Shown here: positions 1 through 12,300 of the stretch, piece after piece | Numbering within the stretch: the stretch's first letter is position 1 | How the letters are laid out: each line of letters begins with the position of its first letter | Source: Tubiluchus corallicola | Taxonomy: Eukaryota > Animalia > Priapulida | Direction: 5' to 3' | DNA length: 64,000 bases | Assembly (NCBI GenBank): GCA_030141605.1 | Contig: JAQGDQ010000929.1 | Span: 1 to 64,000, forward strand | Made by a program: the position numbers and the translations under genes | The notes under the pieces: model-generated | Seen by the model: the letters and a program-made list of their open reading frames with translations, nothing else | The model's database searches: none | Told to the model about the DNA's origin: nothing

Positions 1-213
1 TTGAGAAAAAAGTATCATTGTTCATACAAAACTTACAAAATTTAGCTTATAAGAACTGCTTAACAAAGTTTAGTATGCTGTACCAGCCAATGGCAGGGTA
101 GATAAGTCTAACCCTGCTGATTAATATTAATTATAAATTCAGATATTCTGGCATGATAATGTTATGGTAACCCATCTAAAAATTTTGTTTGAGATTAAAT
201 ACAGGGAAAAATC

Positions 214-356
214 TTAGCTAACTATGTAGCCTTTGAATGTGCTGGCATAACTAGCTGTTGAAATGGAGGCACCAGTGTAGTATGTGACATAAACTTCATC
301 TCCTGTTTCGAGATGAAGAATAGCAGAGTTTGATATCGTTTGCCACTCGCCACCAC
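214..356 (-). CDS. Copy B exon 8: gC1q C-terminal part and stop
   Basis: GGGEWQTISNSAILHLETGDEVYVTYYTGASISTASYASTFKGYIVS*; ttgcag acceptor; TAA at 216-214. Confidence 0.88.
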
Positions 357-3300
357 CTGCAACAAAATAATATTAATTTTAAGTACAACTTGTGTAAGAG
401 CGAATACTAGTCACAAGGATGCATCAGTTTATCTTAATGTCAGGATTATTGTTAACATCACAAACTGAAAATTTATAAAAGTTAGATACCAAACTTGAAA
501 AATAGGAAATACGAAAAAGTTATATGCAGGATGGATTTGAACTAACACCCTTTTGCTTGCAAGGCAAACGCACAGCACCACGTTCCCTGGTGATCATGGT
601 TATCCAGTGTAGCTGACTAACTGAACTAGTACTTCTAAAGTGAAAGCACTCAACCTAGACAGACTGATTTTAAGTAATTTCATCAATTCTGATTCCGAAT
701 CTGAAAATTCCATGTAGTCTTTCTTTCCTGTCCTTGCACTGCTTGTTCTGCGACCTAAGATGTCCATTCCTAAACGATGTGACTTCCTACGACCATTGAC
801 ATTAAAAGCAAAACCGGACTGAATCTTAAACTGTAGGACAAAATAGTTTACTTTTTATAATATTGAAAGAAGGCTTACTATTTTTTCCAAAAATGACTTA
901 CGTGAAAGAATTATTACCACGCAGGTATTTTGTTATATGCTAGATATGTTAGTTTGTGACGAACTTCACACATTCGACAGCTCATGCGTGAGCACAGCAG
1001 TAAATTTAAATTTCGAATTTTTATCTTATAACTTGCCTAGTTTTAGTACAACACACTGAATATCTAACAGCAGCACTGTACTTCAATTTTCGCCTAGATC
1101 CCAGGAAATAAACAAAGCAAATGATATTTGATTGGTAGGTAGGCTGCCGGGTAGCCCAAAGTTCTCCTCTTGCCCAAAAATGGCTAAAATAAATTGGCCC
1201 TGCTAGGGTTAACTTGAAGATGAGAGAGCCAATTACAAATTTGCAAAATTCTCTGCCATCTCCTGCCTGGGGTGACCAATTTGAGAGAAATCAGTAGACA
1301 ATGTTACCGAAGCAATCAGTTTTACCTGCATTAACCTACCTGATATCTCAACCGATGACAACCTCGACGAATCATTTTGAATGTCATTTCTGTTGTGAAA
1401 CTGAAAAACGTACTTACCACCTTAAACGGCATTCCTCCTTTGATTTATCTTGGCAGCAGTTTTTACTGAGTGAAATTACTTCAGCTGTGTAATATCATTT
1501 AAACAACATTAATTTACCATGGCTTTGTCTGTTCTAACGAGCAAGAGTCATTACCTAGTAGCACAAATGATTTCAGTGATACTTCTTCGTAGCTCTAAGT
1601 TGTAAATATTTGTAAAATTTCATGATGCTGCTCACAAGCTTAATTTTCCAGACCTGCTTCTATTTGCAGATCTCGAAAGAGCAAAATTCGCGAAAAAACT
1701 TCATTTTTTCTACAGGTCGGTTTTTGTATTAAAATGATTTCTTGTTTTTTTGCATAATCGCAGTTTTTTAATAATTGTTAATTAGTAAGTTTATAAAGTT
1801 TACATGCCAGCATTTCATCACAGCATTGAGCATTAGCTGAAATAATTGAAATAATTGAAATAATGATAAACCCAGCATGATGATGATGTTTATTGTACAG
1901 GTCCTGTGCTCTGCTCACTGCCTTGTTCTTCTTTAGGCTGTATGGTTATTTTATCGATTAATTGATTTTTTACTTAAACACTTACCTGTTTTTGATTCCT
2001 TGTGTTCAGGGGTTACTGGTATTAGTTTGAGCACCAAACAGGACAAGCCTGATTCCGCCCTTCCTGATATTGTCTCCCAATTTGGGTGCCAATGTGAGGT
2101 AACCCCTCAAGGGTAGATTCCTTTTTTATGTTTTGTGTTTAGCCAGCTAGTTGTTCATTTCGATTACAAAAATTCTTTCTTACATTAACATTTTAATTTC
2201 ACAAAATCACTAAATTATGGGCGGGGCTTATGCCACTGAATCAATGCTAATTAATGTGTCCCAGGCATTTGGTTCACTAATCTCGTTTCAAGATGAGGTA
2301 CTCAAACCATGGCGTCTCGCCCACCGATAGCTCTGGTTCAAACCATCAAGGAGCTATTACAACTACCCTGGTGGCAAGTAGCGACGACAGAACAGTATTT
2401 ATAGCTGTTTTATGTGTTTCAATTTTTGATTAAGTATAACAATACTTCTTTTACAAATTATCATTACCAAACGAATTGAAATGAAGAAAACATAATTATG
2501 TTAATGAATAATTAAACTAGAATTGTAAATAAGGTGAGTGAGCTTTAAACAATCAATAAGTAATTGACAAACGGGATTGACAGTCACCAACTTGTGAATG
2601 AATGAACAAATGAACGAATGAAATTTAATGAATATGACATTATTGTAGAAAATTAGTTTATGTAAAAATTGTTTAGTTAAAACTCTTGAGTAATGAATTT
2701 GTTAGCATGGATGTAGACACGGTGCTTCGTTGCAAATAGTTTACTATACAAGCTTACCTGGATGATAGGGATATGCAACATTATACCCATTATGTAGAAG
2801 CTCGGCAACACCACCGTATGAACTTCTCTGCGCCCATAGATTCAGTTCAAATGAGTAAGTGCCTGATATAGGCGCTGTGAATTTTCCTGTAAAGTAAAAA
2901 AACCAAGTTAATGTTTACGTCTTTATCTAGTGTTTAAATTTAATTAAAAAAGTACCCAAAAGTTAATCCAAAGGTGCACATATGTGATCTTTGTTCTTTT
3001 GTTGTGTAACGTAACGTAAAATTTATTCATACTATGTAGTATGGTACATAAAATCTTAGCGCTAAAGAAAAAATGCATTTAAAAATCAAAATATTGAACT
3101 GCTGTCTATTTGCAACAGAGGCAGGGAGGATGATACTGCAGCCCTAACAGAGTTGCGTTGCAGGTTTATGCTTAAGCTAACAAATGTTTAAGCTGAAACA
3201 AAATTATTGATTCATATAATTGAATTAAATTGAATTATCGATTTATTATTAAGCATATTGCATACACAGCTTACCGAAAAAATGACCCTGTTGGCTCGTT

Positions 3301-6300
3301 TGTTGCAAAGCCTGTGAGTGTAAATAGAGCTGGATAAGAGAACACCACTGACCACTGACAAGGGTCTACAGTACACCTTCCCATTTCATAAGCTCCCTTT
3401 GTGCACGTGATTAGCTGTTTTACTACTAGACAGTCAGACTTTCAATCTGTTCCAGATAAAGGCACATTCACATGCACATCTGAGATGTTTACTGCATTCC
3501 CTTGACTGCATTTACGTTTAACCACATTTAATTTCATTTTTTTAAATTTAATTTTAATTTTTTCATTAGGCTACTCCAGCACTGAGTTCAATGACCGTCC
3601 ACGCCCCCTGAATCCAGACAAAGAAGTTCCCTCTTTGATTGGGAAGAAGTAAGAAGCTCCACCCTCAGAGACTAAAATGCAAAACCGACTGAAAAACTTA
3701 GTCTTAGAGAAAAACAATTATGCGAAACGATTACCGAATTCGAAATTAAAAGTTGAAAATAATCTCATTTCCTTGTTCAATTAAGTTAAAGTCAATCGTC
3801 GTATTTCACATAACAGTTTTTTTATAACGGCGAAACGACTTAGAAAACTACCAACAAAGTATGTCTCAGCTGTTTCTGTAGAGTATGTAAAAATAAATGT
3901 AATAAATGTAATTAGATCATCCATTATCTGTTAAGCAATTCATACGCTCTGCATTACGTAATGGTTCATCAGTATGAATCATTAATAGACAGGCAACTGT
4001 GCATCAACTGCAATGGTAAAGTGTGAACTAGCCTTTAGCCAGTCAATGCAGCTTTAATGCTACGACTACAACGCCTTGGCTAGGTTGCTTCTCTGTTAAA
4101 TACGAATGCTAGTGTTCTTGTCAAATACCTGGGGAATTCCACGATTTTTCGTAACAAATTCAGCATAAAATTTATTCAACATAAGTATTGACTTCTGTGA
4201 TGAAAAATGGTGCAACAGATGGAAAAGGTAGTAAGTATTGTATTTGTAAGGCCATCTTAATTTGTACCGAGAACAAACATTTTTGCAAGACAAATCTGCA
4301 TCATTGATAAAAATCAGCATCTTTGATAACTTCGTTTGTAAAGTTCACATGCAAATGTCACTTAGCGCCCCGTGATCAGTAACAACATTGACAACTTTCA
4401 CTTGTAAAAGAATAATTTTAACACCTTGCTGTGTTTGACTGAACTTAGGATTGGTCAGTGGTCAAAGTCACTCCAATTCACAAGGTTCAAAAAGCCTTGT
4501 TGTGAAGCTAAAAATAGGACCACGAAAGAAAGCAAATTAAGCAAAACAAATAAAATGAATCTGATAACAAATCGTTTTCATACGTTGATATACAGGGATT
4601 GCGATTATCTCCTGTAAATAATTATATGAATTTAAGCATTTCTGTGATTGTAAACTGAAGGGTTGTCTTCCAAAAAAGTTCCTGGAATGTTAATATAGGA
4701 CGTAGCTAGGGGCGGATTATGTCCCTTTGGAGCACCTAGGCTAAATAACTTCTAAATATTTTGCAAATCAAGTTCACGCGTAGGCCTATCTAAAGGCAAC
4801 CATGGTGAAAATTTTTATAACCAGCATTATGACAATAAAACAATAAAAATAAATAAGTTTGTCATATTGATATCATTTCAGTTTATGAAACAATTTAAAA
4901 GCTTTAACATTTGGAAAATTAAAATCGTTGTTTTATAAAAATCCTAAGATTCAAACATGCTGAACTAAGATCAATCATGCTGTTTATATTTGAAACATAG
5001 TAAGTCAATGGACTGGGGTGCCATGATTTACAGTTAGGGTCCCACATGCATGCACGCATCAAAACACACTCACACACACACACATGTGCGCGTGCGTGTG
5101 CACGTGCGCACGCATGCACAAACAGCGTGCGTGCAAGCACGTATGTTCCGTTAATTTACAGCATTCTCAAATCAAAACAATGATGAAGCTCTTAGTAGGC
5201 TGAAGCACGTCTAGAGTGATAATAAAAATAATAAAAATGCTAGAGAAATCTTATCATGCCGAAAATACAAGTAATTGTTTTGTATTCTGTCTGCTTTCAT
5301 TAAGTATAACGTTATTTTACGATTATATGAAAGTAACAATGTTCTAGGGAGGATCAGTGCTCCCACATCTGAGACGCCATTTCCTTGTAACTTTGTTATT
5401 GTTTCAATAAAACCTTTTCTGAGACTGAAAATGGGTAATAATGATAATCAATACAACAGATTATGAGAATTCCACACAGTTAGAGCAAGGAATGTGAGGT
5501 GAGTTTTTCCTGTGGGATTTTCCAATAAATCCTGCTAGGACGTTAATGTTGTGTGGAATGAAATGTCAGCCAGAAAATTTCAATAATGTTGAGATGTTAT
5601 GATGATAGAAGCAAATATTATATTATTTTCTTGTTGGGATGCATTGTTAACTTATAGCAAATCACATACCAGTAGAAGACGAATAAACATTTCCATGATT
5701 GATTTGGCTCTCTGTGAATTTTATAATAACTCCTGTGTTTCCATAGTGGCTTTCTGGGTAATAAACAGAGAAAGCAAAGGCTGAAATGAAAATATTACTT
5801 GTCATCATTATCATCAGGAGATGGTCAATATTATTATGTCATCACAGTCAAAGATGTTTCAACAATTATCATCATCCTTTCCATTCTCCAGGGTAATTTG
5901 GTACCAACAACATGGATTAGCCACAATCTATTCAGTACATCAATCATTGTGAACTCATATCAATACATTCTTAAACACCATTGTGCCATCAATGGTAGCT
6001 CAACATGAAGGACTGAACTTTGTAACCCAGGATGGTTTGCCCCAAAAATGGGACAGGAATAGGAGGAGGCATAAACAAAACTACAAGTAAGAAAGAATTA
6101 AAACTAAATGAAATTGGTCAATGAGGAACAAGATCAGTGAATTATGGTGGATATTGAAATTGTTTTTTTTAATTTACAGCTGACATGTTTGCATTAATGT
6201 TATTCTGCTACGTCTTGCTGTATTTGTTTGTATTTACGGGATCAGGATGAACAAATGGGCTGATAAAGTCCTCTGTTGTTCTACGAACAGTTTCGCACTA

Positions 6301-9300
6301 TCGAGTTGCTCACATCAACCTTCAGCGACTCAAGCCAGTTATTCCGGATATTGCTAGATTTGTTCATAGCATGCATTGAAAGTGAAGCACAAAGGGGAAA
6401 GTAAAACACATTAGCCAACCCAAGTCAGAGGCTTAGAGACCCTTTGCATGATAAGGAAGTAAGACAACAATGTTTGTTGCACTAGAGAGAACTAAAAATG
6501 AATTTACGAAAATGAAAATATAAATTAAAGTAATTAGATTGTAAGCTAAGAAACGGGTTAACACAAAGTTTTGAGTTGTAGTTTTTAGTGGATACTTTCT
6601 GGAAGCATTACTGTGTAATTGTGGTACCCCCACGAGACCTTCAAAACAACAAGGCTAGTGACACTAAAACTCTTATAGATAACAAAGTGATGTGAAAATA
6701 AGAATAATAAAAATTATCTCAAGGAAGAATTACTCATTTGTATATTGATGATTTGTGAAAGATCAGTGCCCTGGCTTCATTTAAAATCGCAGGTAAATAT
6801 TAAAAAATTCTACATATTCAGTGGTGCTAAAAGTATCAGATTCTATAGAGAGAAACGTAAAACTTACTCTTCACAGAAATATCTATTATCTTTGACGTTA
6901 CTGAGCCAAGAGCATTTGTTGCCAAACACTCGTATTCTCCAGTATCCCGGGTTCTTACTTTATATCTTGTAAGTACATCACCTGTGTCAGGTAAAATATT
7001 GCGATCCAGTTTCCAGGTGACGGTTGGTGGTGGATTAGCATCAGCTTCACATTTCAGCTCCAATGTTGATAACATTACAATCTCTGAACTTCCAGTAATA
7101 ATGCTGAGATTTGCAGTGCGTGGTTTGTCTAATAAAAATGTACCATAAAATTTTACTCAGGGTATTAAACACAGAGCTTTACATAAAAACACGTATATAG
7201 AGTCTTATATGAAAAACAGGTACTTCTACTCAAAACGTTTCTTAACTGCACATTAAAAATTCTCTTACGTTTGAAGTGCAAAACCGTTACATTTTATTAT
7301 GCGATACCATAGATTAAAAAGCCATGCATATATAAATACCCATTTTAGAATACTCACCTAATGTCAACATAACAACTCATTTTATTAACTAATGCTTATG
7401 TCAGTAGAGTAAAGTCAGCTACATCAGTAGAGTTATATCAGTAAAGCCCACAGTCTTTGGTAACATAAATTATCCAAGTGCTCACAAATTATTATTTTAA
7501 CCACCCATATCATATGCTTTCCCAGGAATTAAGTAATTAAATCTCTTGTTTGTTGAGGGATTATATCTTTAAAAGTCAACAACCCAGGAAAGTATAACCA
7601 GGAGAATGAAATGGTTGAAACAGGTTTTCAACGAGTCACAGCAAATTCAAAGGTTTTATTTTTAATTTGTAGCTAATGTATAGGCGATTTAGAAAGTACT
7701 TTTATAGTACAAAACTATGTAGTGATAAATAGAGATATTAGTTCTAACATTTATGACTGTAAATCAATACGACGTATAACAAAGAACAATTGTTGTAAAT
7801 AAGTAATTGCACCACAATCTTTATTGCTTTTTCTTCTTTCTTTCTTTTATTCATCTCTACCTAGAAACTGCAGTGAAGATTAACAAGGTACTAATAATAT
7901 GCTTTTCGTGAACTTCAGTCTGATAACTTGAAAAGCTCCCACACTTTAAGAGCAAACAAAAATAAGTAGAATGTTTACAAGTTTGTGACATAGTGCCAAA
8001 GCCACTGTGTCCATTTAAAGGTTCGTGACAAACACATTGCTCTGTACCGAATTTTCCCAATGCTAGATTTTCGCACTGCTAAAAATTTCTAGAAGTAACT
8101 TTTCCCGGTACCAAAATTTCCTCATACCAAACTTACTGTAATGCCAAATTTTTCAATATTTTTCAGTTTGTTTACAGTTGCATGCACTTGCAGCAGGGGA
8201 GTTTGTGAGAATGTTCGTTACTCATCAAGTTTGGCTTGGCTAAACGCTGCTTGCGATCTGTTTGTTAATAAATCAATTGCATTGACAGAAGCCAAGTTTT
8301 GATCAAAAATTGAGTTGTTTTCACGTTTAGAAGTAATGACTGGGTAATTAGCATAATAACAGTTATTTACATACGGTATAACAAAAGTATGTTTCAGTGC
8401 CTTTTCCTAGCGAAAAGTGTCAAAAGAAACAGCGTCTGCGCATGCGAGTGTAAATAACACTGTCGAAGTATCTCTGCAGTACTTTCTATTATCGTAAACC
8501 CAAAATTATATCTGTGCTTATACATATCTCTCCCGCCTAGTTGTTTAAGTCAGCCTAATTGCTCAGTTAACCTGGGTTAGGACTCGCCATCTGTTACGTT
8601 TATTTAATACAGATTAGTTCAGCTGAGTTAGGAACAATTAAATACAACAAACAAATAAAAGGATCTCTATGTTAATGGTATTTTGCATATCTTTATATGT
8701 TAACAAGCTGCTGTCAGTTCTTAATCTAATTCATCACTGCAGGGAAGAACTGCTACTGACTCAATCTTGATGTCTATGGACTGGGGAAAGATCAGATTCT
8801 TCTTGGATAACAAGGCTATAATTCCTGTAATAAATGATGCAGCGACAGCGGTATCACAACCACAGTTTAATGTGATTTGTTCATGCATCCCTTCACAGCA
8901 GAAAGCAGCTAAAATGAGCATGGTGAATGAAACCACCAGCTGGTTTCTAACACTGGTGTTCGTCACCCATCCAGTAACAAACATGCACAAGGCCAAATTT
9001 ATACAAGTCAAATATAAGACATTTTAGAAAAGTTTCTAGATTACTTACAAAGAACATTTAGAGAAATATCCGGAAAAGAAACTTTCAGGGTACGATCTGT
9101 TAGGCAACACCTGATAATCTTGTTATTATCACCCTCCATGCCAGGTGAAAATACATGTCTCAAGGTACTAGTTGAAGTCACAAGTTGTGTTGTACTATTA
9201 GTCCAATTGTCTTGTTCAGCAGAAGAAGTTATGTCTTCTTCACCTAAAAGACACAAAACAGGCAGAATGATAACATTAACGTTGGAAGCGGATCTGGATC

Positions 9301-12300
9301 ATCAGTCAATTTGACTTCTGACAGGGTTAGAAAATTTGGCTAAACGTTTTAAGTCTGACAGGGCTAGAAAATTCAGCTAAACATCATAGGTCTGACAGGG
9401 CTAGAAAATTCAGCTAATTATTCTAAGTCTGACAGGGCTAGAAAATTCAGCTAATTATTCTAATTCTGACAGGGCTAGAAAATTCAGCTAAACATTCTAA
9501 GTCTGACAGGGCTAGGAAATTCAGCTAATTATTCTAATTCTGACAGGGCTAGAAAATTCAGCTAAACATTCTAAGTCTGACAGGGCTAGAAAATTCAGTT
9601 AAACATTCTAAGTCTGACAGGGCTAGAAAATTCAGCTAATTATTCTAATTCTGACAGGGCTAGAAAATTCAGCTAAACATTCTAAGTCTGACAGGGCTAG
9701 AAAATTCAGCTAAACATTCTTAGTCTGACAGGGCTAGAAAATTCAGTTAAACATTCTAAGTCTAACAGGGCTAGAAAATTCAGCTAAACATTCTAAGTCT
9801 AACAGGGCTAGAAAATTCAGCTAAACATTCTAAGTCTGACAGGGCTAGGAAAATTCAGCTAAACATTCTTAGTCTAACAGGGCTAGAAAATTCAGTTAAA
9901 CATTCTAAGTCTGACAGGGCTAGAAAATTCAGTTAAACATTCTTAGTCTGACAGGGCTAGAAAATTCAGTTAAACATCATAGGTCTGACTGGCTAGAAAA
10001 TTCAGCTAAACATTCTAATTCTGACAGGGCTCACAAAGTTAGATAAACATTTTAAGTTTAACAGAAAATTCAATTAAACATTGACAAGTTTTAATATCAT
10101 CGTGTATCATCATGTATCATCGTGTATTGCGCCTCTCGTCTTATGCCTCCCATATGTTATAAATGACAAAAATGCACACACATTTGGCACACTGCTTTGA
10201 GTTTCTTTCTTGACAACCAATATGAAATCTCCCTTACTACTGGTGGTTATTTAAACTATAGTCTTATAAGGTTGTGAATTCCCGTGAAAGCATCACTCCT
10301 TAGACTTCAGCAAAGTAGGATGGTTTCGATGGAAACACGGTAACTAGCTGGCAGTGCTTATGTGTGCACTATAATAACATGCTAAAGATTAAATAGAAAA
10401 TGTCTCTGCAGATAAGAATGTGAATTGATAATTGTTAACTAACTGATGAGACAATGCCTGTTTCACTATGCACTGAACAAGAACTCCATGCACAGTTGCT
10501 GTAGGTCAAAGGTTAAGTGTACCAGAGCAATGCATAATAACTACAGCCATCATGTGACATGTGGGTAAAGTTTCAGTTCTTTTTGCTTTCCCGATCCTAA
10601 ATCTTTTTCAATAACTTTATTTCAATAAAAAAATTCACACACAAGTATTCCCCTGCCATCGCCTAATTTATAATGTAGATTTGTATTAGTTCAGAATTAT
10701 TACTAAGGCCAGCAGTGAAAAAAATTTAGCAATTTTTCAAAATAAATCAGTTTTATACTAGAAGATACTTCCATTCCATTAACTCATTTCAAATAATCTG
10801 TAATGAATTTATCCTGTACAGTATAAACCTGCTACCTACATAAGCTAATGAAAGATATTGGGGAATGTCTGATATATTTCTGGGAGGTTTAGTAATTTTT
10901 GCCTTTTATAAGCAAGCAGAAAAGATTCTGGTTTGTCTAGTTTGTAATAAAACTGGGCCTATAACAGCAAATACAGAAATGTTGAACATAATTCACTTAC
11001 CCAAGTACCACTTAATTTCAGGAGTTGGATTGGCCTCTGCAATGATACACTTGAAAGTTTCCTCTGAATTGTTGGCCCTGACAGTAACCTGATTTGTTAA
11101 TATTTCTTCATCATTTAACAACATCTTTACTTCTTGTGGTTCCACTGTTAAACAAGAAAAACAAAATGATGATATCCTTTTAACAATTGGACGAAAATTA
11201 TAGTGAGTCAAAGTCAATTAGTTAGAAGCATACTAAGGTCCGTTTGTAGTATGATGAGTGGAAATGGGGGATTGAGTAATTGCCAGTTTCAATGGTAAAA
11301 ATTATGATTTTATTTTTAGGTAAAACATCTATGATACTAGAATTGCCAAGCCACAAAAAATCATTACAGAATCAAAAGAGCGAGAATCAAGTTACAAGTT
11401 GAGTAACGCATCAGAGATTGATTCGTTTACAATGAGTGAATTTTTTCTTGCACTAGAATGCTTGCTCCTTGCTGTGGTTATGTTTATTTGCCAATGCAGA
11501 AGAGAACAAAAATCAGTTTTTGTAGACTCTATCTCATAGGTATTTCAAGTTGTATACTAATGACTTAACTTTTGCTCTTTTGACCTTGTAGTGGTTTTTT
11601 GTGTCTTGGTAATTTTAGAGTCATAAATGTACTGACTCTTTGTCTGAAACTTTAGCATGAAAATTGACAAACTTGTTGATTCCTGGTGGTTCACATTCTG
11701 TCACGTATTTAATGTCAATTTCACATGAAAAGGGAAAAATAATTGGGCTCTATGAAAACTGAAATACCCACATTATAATCTCAAAAATTTGCCTAATACT
11801 GTCAAAGTGCTTTATACAATGTTAGAACACTAGCAGTCGTAAAACATATGACTCCTACAAACTAAAACACTTTCGTTTAAAGTATTTTCTTTACACCAAA
11901 AGGTTAGCTTATATTTTCTCTATACATTTGTGCTTTTTCTGTTTTTCTTATAAGTACAGCAACATTTGAGCAAACACATTTTTCTCATAATTATATTCCT
12001 CTTCTTTATTACAGTTTAAATTTGTTGCTACACAAGGAAGAATTGTCAGAAATGGTACAACGGCAATTCTTTGTCATACTATTACATTGATTTCTCGTTG
12101 TTCCTAGCAGAGATATATTTATTACTGTGTTCACTTTTACCATTAAATACGTCTATTCGTTTATAATTACTTTTATATCTTTTATCAGTTGTATAAACTG
12201 AAGCAAATTCTAACTAAACTACACTAGGTCATGTCCTTACTAGTAATTTAGATTACTGTTAAACTTTATAGAATGCTGCTGCCTCTCTCTGTTACTTTCA

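Noticed and set aside
4096-4410. Possible hAT transposase remnant (VVTDHGA) in the copy B-specific insertion
   Set aside because: A single short motif followed by a stop; no TIRs or other motifs found.
5275-5784. Plus-strand ORFs conserved in both duplicates (also 24035-24544)
   Set aside because: Conservation reflects the recent duplication; the coding signal is the minus-strand C1q exon 6.
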